Notes: generated by a model not told the origin, from the sequence alone. A stretch of DNA of 53,608 nt from Bacteroidota bacterium (GCA_029266015.1 JAJUFK010000001.1:1-53608); one strand, 5' to 3'. Positions 25,083-34,535 are shown, counted from the first letter of the stretch. A program made the numbers and translations.

Positions 25083-26408
25083 ATGGCAGTAGTAATTGGA
25101 AACAAAGAGTATTTTAAAGGAATCAATAAAATACAATTCGAAGGAAAAGAATCAAAAAATCCTTTAGCATTTAAATGGTACAACGAAAATCAAATAGTTG
25201 CAGGTAAAACCATGAAAGATCATCTTCGTTTTGCGGTGGCATATTGGCACACACTATGCGGCACCGGTGGTGACCCATTTGGTCCGGGAACCAAAAATTT
25301 CCCATGGGAACAAGCATCAAATGTGAGCGATGCAAACAAACAACGTATGGATGCAGCATTTGAATTTATTACAAAATTAGGTGCACCCTATTATTGTTTT
25401 CATGATACCGATATTGCCGGCGATGGTTCTGTTTTTCAAATAGAAAAACAACTTGCCGAAATGGTAGCGTATGCAAAACAAAAACAAGCCGAATCGGGTG
25501 TGAAATTATTGTGGGGAACAGCTAACGTATTCAGTAATCCTCGCTATATGAACGGAGCTTCTACCAATCCTGACTTTGCAGTAGTTGCCAATGCAGCCGT
25601 GCAAGTAAAAAATGCAATAGATGCTACCATAGAATTAGGTGGCACCGGATACGTATTTTGGGGTGGTAGAGAAGGTTACATGAGCCTGCACAATACCAAT
25701 ACAAAAAAAGAGTTAGACCACATGGGGCAATTTTTACGTATGGCTCGCGACTACGCACGCAAACAAGGATTTACCGGAACATTCTTTATTGAACCAAAAC
25801 CTATGGAACCATCAAAACATCAATATGATGTAGATGTACAAACAGTATTAGGATTTTTGAATGCACAAGGTTTAATAGATGATTTCAAATTAAATGTAGA
25901 AGTTAACCACGCTACTTTGGCAGGACACTCTTTTGCTCATGAACTCCGTATGGCTGCTGATGCCGGCAAATTAGGAAGCATAGATGCAAATAAAGGCGAT
26001 TACCAAAACGGCTGGGACACTGACGAATTCCCAACAAATATTTATGAAATTACTGAAGCTATGCTCGAAATTTTACAAGCAGGCGGATTCAATCATGGTG
26101 GTATAAACTTCGATGCAAAAACTCGCAGAAACTCTACCGATTTAGAAGATATATTTATTGCTCACATTAGTGGAATGGACGTATTTGCTCGCTCATTAAT
26201 CATTGCCGATACTATTTTACGCGAATCTGATTATTTGAAATTGCGTGCTAACAGATATGCATCGTTCAATACACCAAAAGGAATTGATTTTGAAGCGGGC
26301 AAACTTTCGCTTACCGACATGTATGCTATAGCAAAAGAAGTTGGCGAACCTGCAATGATTAGTGGCAAACAAGAATATTTGGAACAATTAATTAATCAGT
26401 ATATATAA
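25083..26408 (+). CDS. xylA: xylose isomerase
   Basis: 441 aa with the class II XylA motifs [25 protein letters not shown] and WDTDEFP. Confidence 0.95.
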   Translation: MAVVIGNKEYFKGINKIQFEGKESKNPLAFKWYNENQIVAGKTMKDHLRFAVAYWHTLCGTGGDPFGPGTKNFPWEQASNVSDANKQRMDAAFEFITKLGAPYYCFHDTDIAGDGSVFQIEKQLAEMVAYAKQKQAESGVKLLWGTANVFSNPRYMNGASTNPDFAVVANAAVQVKNAIDATIELGGTGYVFWGGREGYMSLHNTNTKKELDHMGQFLRMARDYARKQGFTGTFFIEPKPMEPSKHQYDVDVQTVLGFLNAQGLIDDFKLNVEVNHATLAGHSFAHELRMAADAGKLGSIDANKGDYQNGWDTDEFPTNIYEITEAMLEILQAGGFNHGGINFDAKTRRNSTDLEDIFIAHISGMDVFARSLIIADTILRESDYLKLRANRYASFNTPKGIDFEAGKLSLTDMYAIAKEVGEPAMISGKQEYLEQLINQYI

Positions 26409-26416
26409 TGTATTAG

Positions 26417-26453
26417 GAGTTAGAGAGTCACACTAACTCTCTAACTCATTTTT
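26417..26453 (+). terminator. strong intrinsic terminator/attenuator between xylA and xylE
   Basis: GAGTTAGAGAGT-cacacta-ACTCTCTAACTC forms a perfect 12-bp stem followed by ATTTTTA. It lies 9 nt after the xylA stop and 25 nt before the xylE ATG. Confidence 0.7.
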
Positions 26454-26477
26454 ATATACCATTAAAACCCCAAACCT

Positions 26478-27860
26478 ATGCAAACACAAGTAAACATGAA
26501 ATTTATAGCAGCAATTACATTTGTTGCTACACTTGGCGGACTCCTCTTTGGATATGATACTGCCGTAATTTCCGGTGCCGAAAAATCTATTCAGGCCTAC
26601 CTTATTACCAGCCAAGGGTTAAGTTCTCTTATTCACGGAGCCACAACATCGAGTGCTCTTATTGGTTGTATCATAGGCGGGGCAATAGCAGGTATTTTTT
26701 CACGAAAATACGGTAGAAAAAAATCATTAATGATAGCCGCTGCATTATTTTTTGTTTCGGCATTAGGTTCAGGCTATCCCGAATTTTTATTTTTCACCAA
26801 AGGAGAACCTACCATTGGGCTGTTACTTATGTTTAACTTGTACCGAATTATTGGTGGTATTGGCGTAGGATTAGCGTCGGCTGTATGCCCAATGTATATT
26901 GGAGAAATTTCTCCTGCTCATTTACGCGGACGTTTAGTTTCGCTCAACCAGTTTACCATAATATTTGGTATGTTGGTAGTATATTTTGTAAATTACGGAA
27001 TAGCCAAAGGACAAACCATAGAATGGATAAATGATATAGGTTGGCGTCAAATGTTTTTATCAGAAGCTATACCTGCAGGATTATTCGGTATATTATTATT
27101 TTTTGTTCCCGAAACTCCTCGTTATTTGGCATTGACCAACAAAGATGACTCGGCATTGGCTGTACTAACCAAAATCAACGGTATTGATAAAGCCAAAGAA
27201 ATTCTTGCCGAAATCAAAAATACCGTTGAACACCATTCAAGTAACATTTTTGCATTTGGTAAAACAGTTATTTTTATTGGTATTTTATTGTCTGTTTTCC
27301 AACAATTTGTAGGTATTAACGTGGCATTGTATTACGCACCGCGAATTTTTGAAAGTATGGGAGCTGCCAAAGATGCTTCGATGCTGCAAACAGTAGTAAT
27401 GGGATTTATAAATGTAATTTTTACCGTGGTTGCTATACTTACTGTAGACCGTTGGGGACGTAAACCATTGCTCATGGTAGGCTCTATAGGTATGGCGGTG
27501 GGCATGTTTGCGATTGCCGCTTTATCATATATGCATATAATTGGAATAAGCACATTAGTGTTTATTATGATATACACTGCATCGTTTATGATGAGTTGGG
27601 GACCAATATGTTGGGTACTGATTGCCGAAATTTTCCCGAATAAAATACGTGGTGCAGCGGTAGCTGTGGCTGTAGCAGCGCAGTGGGCAGCAAATTATTT
27701 TATATCGTCTACCTATCCGTTTATGATGGAATACAGCGGTGCGGTAACCTATGGTTTTTATGGAGTAATGAGTATAGTGTCATTCATATTTGTATGGAAA
27801 ATGGTTCCCGAAACCAAAGGGAAAACTTTGGAAGAAATGGAAAAAATTTGGGAGAAATAA
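26478..27860 (+). CDS. xylE: MFS sugar porter, D-xylose:H+ symporter type
   Basis: 460 aa with 12 TM segments and sugar-porter motifs GYDTAVISGA, GRKKSL, PETPRYL and PETKGKTLEEME. Confidence 0.85.
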   Translation: MQTQVNMKFIAAITFVATLGGLLFGYDTAVISGAEKSIQAYLITSQGLSSLIHGATTSSALIGCIIGGAIAGIFSRKYGRKKSLMIAAALFFVSALGSGYPEFLFFTKGEPTIGLLLMFNLYRIIGGIGVGLASAVCPMYIGEISPAHLRGRLVSLNQFTIIFGMLVVYFVNYGIAKGQTIEWINDIGWRQMFLSEAIPAGLFGILLFFVPETPRYLALTNKDDSALAVLTKINGIDKAKEILAEIKNTVEHHSSNIFAFGKTVIFIGILLSVFQQFVGINVALYYAPRIFESMGAAKDASMLQTVVMGFINVIFTVVAILTVDRWGRKPLLMVGSIGMAVGMFAIAALSYMHIIGISTLVFIMIYTASFMMSWGPICWVLIAEIFPNKIRGAAVAVAVAAQWAANYFISSTYPFMMEYSGAVTYGFYGVMSIVSFIFVWKMVPETKGKTLEEMEKIWEK

Positions 27861-27861
27861 C

Positions 27862-29370
27862 ATGATATATACTGGAAAGAAAATAATTATACTTTTTTTT
27901 TGTTGTGTTATCAGCATACAATTACCTGCTCAATATCAAACACATAATTCGTCAACGTATACAAATCCAATTTTTGCAGGCGACTACCCTGACCCCAGTA
28001 TTTTAGTTGATGGCAATTCATATTATATTGTTCATTCATCATTTGAATATTATCCGGGATTAACCATATGGAAATCAAACGATTTGATACAGTGGACTCC
28101 CATACAAAGTCCTCTCAAAACATATGTTGGTTCGGTTTGGGCACCCGATATAGTAAAGTATGAAAACAAATATTATATATACTTCCCTGCAAATAATACA
28201 AATTATGTAATATCTGCTGATTCCATAAATGGCACATGGAGCAAACCAATAGAATTAGGTATTTCAAGTATAGACCCCGGGCATTTTGTTGATTCTAAAG
28301 GAAATAGATATTTGTATTTTAGCAACGGTAGTTATGTTCCTTTGTCCAAAGACGGGTTAAGAATTACAGGAGAATTAACTCCCGTATATAAGGGTTGGCA
28401 AATTCCTCGAGAATGGTCAATTGAATGTTTTTGCATGGAAGGGCCAAAATTATTCAAACACGGAAATTATTATTATTTAACTGTTGCACAAGGTGGCACA
28501 GCTGGGCCTGCAACGGGGCATATGGTAATATCGGCACGTTCAAAAACTCCATTTGGGCCATGGGAAAATTCACCGTACAATCCTATAGCACGAGCAACCA
28601 ATGCAAATGAAACATGGTGTTCTGTAGGGCATGCTACTGTATTTAAAGCTACTACAAACGATTGGTGGATGATATTGCACGCTTACAAAAACGGAAACTA
28701 CACTATGGGGAGACAAACATTACTGGCTCCTCTAATGTGGACTAACGATGGCTGGTTTAAACTCAATGATACACTCTTACTTGATGCTCCAATAAAAAAA
28801 CCACATATACATCAGGCACAATTCAATTCAAATATTTTTACAACTTTTAATTCGCTATCATTCGAACATTTGTGGAAATTTTTTGGTGAATATGACCCCT
28901 CTCGTTTTACAATTACAGGGAATAGTATAGAAATTAAGAGCAAAGGTACCAATATAGCCGAAAGTTCACCATTATTGTATGTTCCTGCTCATAATTCATA
29001 TAGCGCCGAGGTAGAAATTGAAATTCATGGAAACGCACACGCAGGATTAATTTTGTTTTATAACCAACAGTGCTACTCGGGTATATTAGCTGATTCAACA
29101 AACATTCTCACTAATTTACGCGGTTGGCAATTTGTAACCGAACCCAATACAATTAATCGTCATGTGTTTTTACGCCTTATCAATAAAAACAATACAGTAG
29201 ATATGTATTACAGTATTGATGGGATTTCGTGGATAAAAACAACTAATTCTACAGAAGTTTCGGGGTATCATCACAATGTGCTCAGTGGATTTCTCAGCTT
29301 ACGTATTGGGTTGGTTTCGATGGGTACAGGCAGTGTGCAATTCAAAAATTTTAAATATCAAGCATTATAA
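27862..29370 (+). CDS. glycoside hydrolase family 43 (beta-xylosidase / alpha-L-arabinofuranosidase) with C-terminal beta-sandwich domain; secreted
   Basis: Start moved from the track value 27790 to the ATG at 27862 (MIYTGKKIIILFF..., a signal peptide), 1 nt after the xylE stop. Motifs GDYPDPSI (general base), VWAPD and CMEGPKLF (acid). Confidence 0.85.
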   Translation: MIYTGKKIIILFFCCVISIQLPAQYQTHNSSTYTNPIFAGDYPDPSILVDGNSYYIVHSSFEYYPGLTIWKSNDLIQWTPIQSPLKTYVGSVWAPDIVKYENKYYIYFPANNTNYVISADSINGTWSKPIELGISSIDPGHFVDSKGNRYLYFSNGSYVPLSKDGLRITGELTPVYKGWQIPREWSIECFCMEGPKLFKHGNYYYLTVAQGGTAGPATGHMVISARSKTPFGPWENSPYNPIARATNANETWCSVGHATVFKATTNDWWMILHAYKNGNYTMGRQTLLAPLMWTNDGWFKLNDTLLLDAPIKKPHIHQAQFNSNIFTTFNSLSFEHLWKFFGEYDPSRFTITGNSIEIKSKGTNIAESSPLLYVPAHNSYSAEVEIEIHGNAHAGLILFYNQQCYSGILADSTNILTNLRGWQFVTEPNTINRHVFLRLINKNNTVDMYYSIDGISWIKTTNSTEVSGYHHNVLSGFLSLRIGLVSMGTGSVQFKNFKYQAL

Positions 29371-29385
29371 CTAAATACTAAATAT

Positions 29386-32196
29386 ATGAAGAAACGTTTT
29401 TTTGTAATTTCTGTTTTTTTAAGTGTGATTCTTAGCAGTTGTTCACACAAATTACCGTACACATCTATTACCAATGGGGTACAAGTACAAATAGACAGCA
29501 TGTATGTAAAGGCTCAGTTTTACACCAATTCTATTGTACGTGTACAAAAGTGGGCGGCAGATTCTAGCGACTCCAAAACCAGTTTGATGGTAGTAATTGA
29601 CAGTGTGCAGTCTCTCAACATTTCCGTATCGCAATCAAACGGATATATTATTTTACAATCTCCGGAATTGCTTGTAAAAATTTCGGAAAAAGATGGTGCT
29701 ATTTCTTATTTTGATACCCAAAATCAACAAATTGTAGCCGAAAAAAATACTCCGAAATTTACTCCCTATGTTTCACCTAATGAAAGAGCATGGAGTGTAG
29801 CACAAACATTTCAATTGTCAAACGATGAAGCTATATATGGCTTAGGGCAACACCAATACGGATACATGAACTATCGCGGTAAAGAGGTAAAATTGGTGCA
29901 AACCAATACCGATGCGGTAATCCCATTTTTGTGGTCAACCGCAGGATATGGAATTTTGTGGGACAATTATTCCAAAACCATATTTACCGATACTGATGAA
30001 GGTGCTACACTATGGTCAGATGTTGCCGACAATGTTGACTACTATTTGATAGCCGACAAAAAAGCCGACAAAGTAATTTCGGGATATCGTTATCTTACAG
30101 GCAAAGCTCCAATGTTTGGCAAATGGGCGTATGGCTATTGGCAAAGTAAAGAGCATTATGATACCCAAGCCGAAATAATGGCGGTAGCCGAAAAATATCG
30201 TAAACTACAAATTCCAATAGACAATATGATTCAAGATTGGGATTATTGGAATGGCGCAGCAAACTGGAGTGGTATGTTTTTCGACAAAACTCTCTTCCCT
30301 CGTCCACAAGAAATGATGGATAAACTTCATGCTATGAATTATCATGCTATAATTTCTATATGGCCGGCATTGGGACCAAATACACCTATTTATAAAGAAA
30401 TGAACGAAAAGGGATATTTGTACAAACCTGTTGGATGGGCTGGATTCAAATATTATGATGCATTCAATCCTGAAGCTACCAAATTGTATTATCAATACCT
30501 CAAAAGCGGATTGTGGTGTTTTGGTTTAGACGGCTGGTGGATAGACAGTACTGAACCCGATGTTACCAATGCGTTGACCAAAGAATCGACCGACTACGAA
30601 ATGAAAAATAAAGTAGGGAAAAATCATCTTGGTTCATGGGATAGATATCTCAATGCGTTTTCGCTCATAATGACAACCGAACTGCACAAAATGATGCGTG
30701 CCGATGCAAAGCAACGACAATTTATTCTTACTCGTTCTACCTATGCCGGACAACAACGTGCCGGAGCGGTAACCTGGAGTGGTGATATAGGTGCTGCCTG
30801 GGATATATACAAACATCAAATTGCAGCAGGATTAAATCATTCAATGTCGGGTGTGCCATACTGGACGTTTGATATAGGAGCTTTTGTATTGGGAGCATAC
30901 GATGGAGTGTTTTGCAACGGTGGCAAAGACCCTGCATATCAAGAACTCTATACTCGCATGTTTCAATTGGGTGTGTTTACTCCAATATTTCGCTCACATG
31001 GCTCCGAAACACCTCGCGAGATTTGGGAATTTGGAGAATTTACTCCTACTCTTATAAAATTCGATAATTTACGATACCGATTGATGCCATATATTTATTC
31101 GCAAGCATGGAAAATAACAAACGAAGATTATACAATCATGCGTGGATTGGCTATGGATTATACCGACGACAAACGCGTGTATAATATTGACGACCAATTT
31201 ATGTTTGGACCATCAATTATGGCATGTCCGGTAACCGAATATCAAAAATATACGCCACCATTACGAAGTGTAACTATTCCTAATACTGTATTCAAAACAG
31301 CCGAGGGTAACCAAGGATTACATGCACAATTTTTCAAAGACAAAGCATACAAAAACTTAGGTGCCGACACCATAGTTTCAAATGTAGATGTATTTTGGTA
31401 TACCAGCCGTCCTGTATATGTTACCGATTCTATGTTTTCTATTCGGTGGAAAGGAACTTTAAACCCTACCGAAACCGGACCATATCAATTTCATTTACAA
31501 TCGTTCGATGCCAAACGAATTCGCATAAACGGCAAACAATTGAAGATGGTGTATACCAGTGTAGAACAATACACCGAAGTAATTCAGTTAGAAGCAGGCA
31601 AATCCTATACGTTTGAATTAGAAACAGAAAATACATCGACCGGTGCTGCCCGAATGGTGTTGAAATGGAAAACGCCGAGCTTGTTTGCTGCCGAAAAAGT
31701 ACAAGAAACTCGTAAAACAACACGCGAGGTATATTTACCAAAAGGAACACAATGGGTTGACTTTTGGACAGGCAAAACATACAACGGCGGCACAACCATA
31801 ACTGCAGATGCCCGCATAGAAACTATGCCTTTGTTTGTACCTGCAGGTTCTATTATTCCAATGGGTCCATTTGTGCAATATACAACTGAAAAACCTTACG
31901 ACCAATTAGAAATACGCATTTATAAAGGAGCCGATGGCACATTCACCCTTTACGAAGACGAAAACGATGGATATAATTACGAAAAAGGTGTTTACTCAAC
32001 TATCGACTTTACATGGAACAACAAAACAAACGAATTAACCATTGGCAATCGAAAAGGTTCGTTCCCCGGAATGTTGCAAACACGTAAATTTTCAATTGTA
32101 TTAGTTTCAGAAGTTACCGGCACCGGAATAGAAACAGCAAAAACTATTACAAAAATGGTAGATTATAATGGCGAAAAAATTGTAATAAAACTGTAA
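29386..32196 (+). CDS. second glycoside hydrolase family 31 lipoprotein (alpha-xylosidase/alpha-glucosidase type) with PA14 domain in the C-terminal half
   Basis: 936 aa with lipobox LSSC. Motifs DGWWIDSTEPD, AVTWSGD and FRSHG. The PA14-like block GLHAQFFKD...SIRWKGTL...YQFHLQSFDAKRIRINGK lies at aa ~640-765. Confidence 0.88.
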   Translation: MKKRFFVISVFLSVILSSCSHKLPYTSITNGVQVQIDSMYVKAQFYTNSIVRVQKWAADSSDSKTSLMVVIDSVQSLNISVSQSNGYIILQSPELLVKISEKDGAISYFDTQNQQIVAEKNTPKFTPYVSPNERAWSVAQTFQLSNDEAIYGLGQHQYGYMNYRGKEVKLVQTNTDAVIPFLWSTAGYGILWDNYSKTIFTDTDEGATLWSDVADNVDYYLIADKKADKVISGYRYLTGKAPMFGKWAYGYWQSKEHYDTQAEIMAVAEKYRKLQIPIDNMIQDWDYWNGAANWSGMFFDKTLFPRPQEMMDKLHAMNYHAIISIWPALGPNTPIYKEMNEKGYLYKPVGWAGFKYYDAFNPEATKLYYQYLKSGLWCFGLDGWWIDSTEPDVTNALTKESTDYEMKNKVGKNHLGSWDRYLNAFSLIMTTELHKMMRADAKQRQFILTRSTYAGQQRAGAVTWSGDIGAAWDIYKHQIAAGLNHSMSGVPYWTFDIGAFVLGAYDGVFCNGGKDPAYQELYTRMFQLGVFTPIFRSHGSETPREIWEFGEFTPTLIKFDNLRYRLMPYIYSQAWKITNEDYTIMRGLAMDYTDDKRVYNIDDQFMFGPSIMACPVTEYQKYTPPLRSVTIPNTVFKTAEGNQGLHAQFFKDKAYKNLGADTIVSNVDVFWYTSRPVYVTDSMFSIRWKGTLNPTETGPYQFHLQSFDAKRIRINGKQLKMVYTSVEQYTEVIQLEAGKSYTFELETENTSTGAARMVLKWKTPSLFAAEKVQETRKTTREVYLPKGTQWVDFWTGKTYNGGTTITADARIETMPLFVPAGSIIPMGPFVQYTTEKPYDQLEIRIYKGADGTFTLYEDENDGYNYEKGVYSTIDFTWNNKTNELTIGNRKGSFPGMLQTRKFSIVLVSEVTGTGIETAKTITKMVDYNGEKIVIKL

Positions 32197-32243
32197 TTCC
32201 AAAAAAATAATTTACAAATACTTGTTTTAATTGAACAAATATG

Positions 32244-32251
32244 TATTTTTG
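32244..32251 (+). promoter_or_regulatory. -7 promoter box TATTTTTG for tRNA(CAT)
   Basis: Exact consensus match, 30 nt upstream of the tRNA 5' end. Confidence 0.4.
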
Positions 32252-32280
32252 CAAACCCAAAATAACAAATATGTTATTTC

Positions 32281-32354
32281 GGGCCCATAGCTCAGCTGGT
32301 TAGAGCACCTGACTCATAATCAGGGGGTCGCAGGTTCAAGCCCTGCTGGGCCCA
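32281..32354 (+). tRNA. tRNA with anticodon CAT: elongator Met or, more likely, lysidine-modified Ile2
   Basis: GGGCCCATAGCTCAGCTGGTTAGAGCACCTGACTCATAATCAGGGGGTCGCAGGTTCAAGCCCTGCTGGGCCCA forms a 74-nt cloverleaf with anticodon loop CTCATAA. The C4-G69/C5-G68 acceptor pairs resemble E. coli tRNA-Ile2. Confidence 0.9.
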
Positions 32355-32363
32355 CAATAAATG

Positions 32364-32396
32364 AAGACTTACATATTATTGTGAGTCTTTTTTTTT
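32364..32396 (+). terminator. intrinsic terminator after tRNA(CAT)
   Basis: AAGACTTAC / GTGAGTCTT forms a 9-bp stem (one G-U pair) followed by a 9-T run. Confidence 0.75.
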
Positions 32397-32480
32397 GAAC
32401 ATACTGCTGCCGGTGAAAGTATCGTGATGTACCACTAATATGTGAAAGAATATAGCTCAGAAATTTGATTAGTATCTATA

Positions 32481-32497
32481 AAAAAGCCTGTAAGGCT
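32481..32497 (-). terminator. weak candidate terminator for the two-component operon
   Basis: AGCCT-gta-AGGCT forms a 5-bp stem with a T5 run on the minus strand, about 90 nt past the response-regulator stop. The stem is short. Confidence 0.25.
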
Positions 32498-32589
32498 GAC
32501 ATTTTTATAGAAAAATATTTTATAATTCTTAAAACACCAAATATTAAAATTTATTTAACATAAGAAAAACTAACACTACCTATTATACA

Positions 32590-33285
32590 TTAAATTCGTT
32601 TAATAAAAGTATAGCCTATACCTTTTATAGTATCTATATATTCTTCGTTTAGTTTTTCACGAAGTTTTCGAATATGCACATCAATCGTTCTATCACCTAC
32701 AACTATATCTGTTCCCCAAACTGTCGTATAAATTTCGTCTCGAGTAAAAACCCTATCGGGTTTAGATGCAAGTAACATTAACAGTTTAAATTCTTTATTT
32801 GGCAAATTGATTTCTTTATTTTTAAAGAAAACCAAATGTTTTTCTTCATCAATTACAATATCTTCAAACTCAATTTTTTTAGAGACTTGTATTTGTTTCG
32901 TATTATTTTTTCGTTTGAGTAAAGTCTGCAATCTGGCTATAAGCACCTTAGGCCGAATAGGTTTAGTAATATAATCATCGGCTCCGGCTTGTAACCCGGC
33001 AATTTCTGAATAATCTTCACCCCGAGCTGTTAAAAAAGCAATAATACAATGTTCCAATTCGGGAATTTGACGTATATCTTCACATGCTTGAATTCCGTCT
33101 ATATGAGGCATCATTACATCGAGCAAAATAATATCGGGCAATACTTTTTTTGCTTTTTTTATTGCTTCACGACCATCGGTTGCAGTATATACAGCATATC
33201 CGGCTTTTGTTAAATTGTACTGTAAAATTTCAATAATATCGTCTTCATCATCAACGATGAGAATTTTTACTCCAGATGTATCCAT
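32590..33285 (-). CDS. OmpR/PhoB-family DNA-binding response regulator
   Basis: 231 aa. The receiver domain has DD...D(LLDVMMP)...K(ITKP), and a winged-helix output domain follows (...GIGYTF). Confidence 0.9.
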   Translation of the reverse strand: MDTSGVKILIVDDEDDIIEILQYNLTKAGYAVYTATDGREAIKKAKKVLPDIILLDVMMPHIDGIQACEDIRQIPELEHCIIAFLTARGEDYSEIAGLQAGADDYITKPIRPKVLIARLQTLLKRKNNTKQIQVSKKIEFEDIVIDEEKHLVFFKNKEINLPNKEFKLLMLLASKPDRVFTRDEIYTTVWGTDIVVGDRTIDVHIRKLREKLNEEYIDTIKGIGYTFIKRI

Positions 33286-33295
33286 ATGTCAAAAT

Positions 33296-34357
33296 TTATT
33301 GCAATATAGCTTTTTCTATTGTAAATGTAAACGATGTTCCTTTATTTATTGTGCTTTTTACGCTAATTGTTTGACCATGAGCCTCTATTATATGCTTTAC
33401 TATTGACAACCCCAACCCGGTTCCTCCTTGTTCTCGCGAACGACTTTTATCAACTCTATAAAATCGTTCAAATATTCTGCTTAAATGTTCTTGTTCAATT
33501 CCAATTCCGGTATCACTTACTTCTACCAACACCAAATTATCCATATCATAAAAACGAACACGAATTTTTCCACCTTCGGGATTATTATATTTTATTGCAT
33601 TAATTACTAAATTGTTCAATGCCATTTGTATCCGTTTTTTATCGGCATTTACCATAATAGGTTTTTCAACCCCCATATCTATATACATATGAACATTTCG
33701 TTCTTTTGCAAGCAATTCCTGAGCTTCAAAAACTTCTTTTACCAAAAGTATTATATTAAACTGGCTGTATTCTAATTTTAACTCACCAGCTTCGAGTCTG
33801 GTAATAGAATCTAAATCACGTACAATTGAGGTCATACGTTGGATGGCTTTATCAGCCTTTTCCAAATAAGCTTTATTTATTGTTTCATCATACAAACCAC
33901 CATCTAATAATGTTGATATATATCCTTGTATACTAAAAATTGGCGTTTTTAATTCATGTGAAACATTTCCGATATACTCTTTACGATATTTTTCCAATCG
34001 TTTTAATTCTTCTATTTCTATAATTTTTCGTTTTGCCCATTCAGCAACTTCTTTTTCTGTTGTTGCAATTATATTAGATTCTTCATGTTCATTTTCAGTA
34101 ATTTTTTTTAGTGTTGACGTTTGAGCCGAATGTATGGTTTTGTATATAGGCTTTACTTTTTGAATAATATATTCTTTTGTAATATAAAATGTTATAATGT
34201 AAATAACGGCAAACATAGTAAGAGCTATAAAAATAGCATACGGAATAGTATTATTTTGAGCAATTACGAAACCCGAAACCAATACGGCTACTATTGATAT
34301 AGCCGAAGCTATTCCGGCAACTAAAAGAGCGATAGTTTTGTGTGAAAGAGTTTGCAT
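33296..34357 (-). CDS. sensor histidine kinase (HisKA + HATPase_c), two closely spaced TM helices
   Basis: 353 aa with H-box SHELKTPI, N-box NAIKYN and G-boxes DTGIGI / GGTGLGLSIV. Only about 7 residues separate the two TM segments. Confidence 0.9.
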   Translation of the reverse strand: MQTLSHKTIALLVAGIASAISIVAVLVSGFVIAQNNTIPYAIFIALTMFAVIYIITFYITKEYIIQKVKPIYKTIHSAQTSTLKKITENEHEESNIIATTEKEVAEWAKRKIIEIEELKRLEKYRKEYIGNVSHELKTPIFSIQGYISTLLDGGLYDETINKAYLEKADKAIQRMTSIVRDLDSITRLEAGELKLEYSQFNIILLVKEVFEAQELLAKERNVHMYIDMGVEKPIMVNADKKRIQMALNNLVINAIKYNNPEGGKIRVRFYDMDNLVLVEVSDTGIGIEQEHLSRIFERFYRVDKSRSREQGGTGLGLSIVKHIIEAHGQTISVKSTINKGTSFTFTIEKAILQ

Positions 34358-34510
34358 ATACTAAATACATTTTGATATAAGTAAAAGTAGTATTTTTTTG
34401 CAAATTGAATACGTATACGTGTTAAATTTATGTTAACTCAATCATTATAACCAAATATATAAGAAACCTATATTTTATTTCAAAATAAAAGTAAAAACAA
34501 GAAATTTCAT

Positions 34511-34518
34511 TACTTTTG
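34511..34518 (+). promoter_or_regulatory. -7 promoter box TACTTTTG for the folA-glycosyltransferase-uvrC cluster
   Basis: Exact TAnnTTTG match, 18 nt upstream of the first ATG of folA. Confidence 0.4.
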
Positions 34519-34535
34519 ATTCTCATTCTTAGAAA

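Noticed and set aside
26433-26615. 60-aa minus-strand ORF across the xylA/xylE spacer.
   Set aside because: It is antisense to the xylE N-terminus and starts within the terminator hairpin. It has no independent signals.
27790-27861. Track ORF start at 27790, giving a 24-aa Lys/Trp-rich extension of GH43 that overlaps xylE by 71 nt.
   Set aside because: The extension precedes a perfectly normal signal peptide that begins at the ATG at 27862, 1 nt after the xylE stop. The longer form is an open-frame artefact.
32452-32460. Second copy of ATAGCTCAG about 100 nt downstream of tRNA(CAT), considered as an att-site or integration scar. A nearby GTGAAAG(T/A)AT direct repeat lies at 32414-32448.
   Set aside because: Only 9 nt match, and they match the 5' D-arm consensus rather than the tRNA 3' end used by integrases. 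No integrase, excisionase or foreign-looking genes are adjacent.
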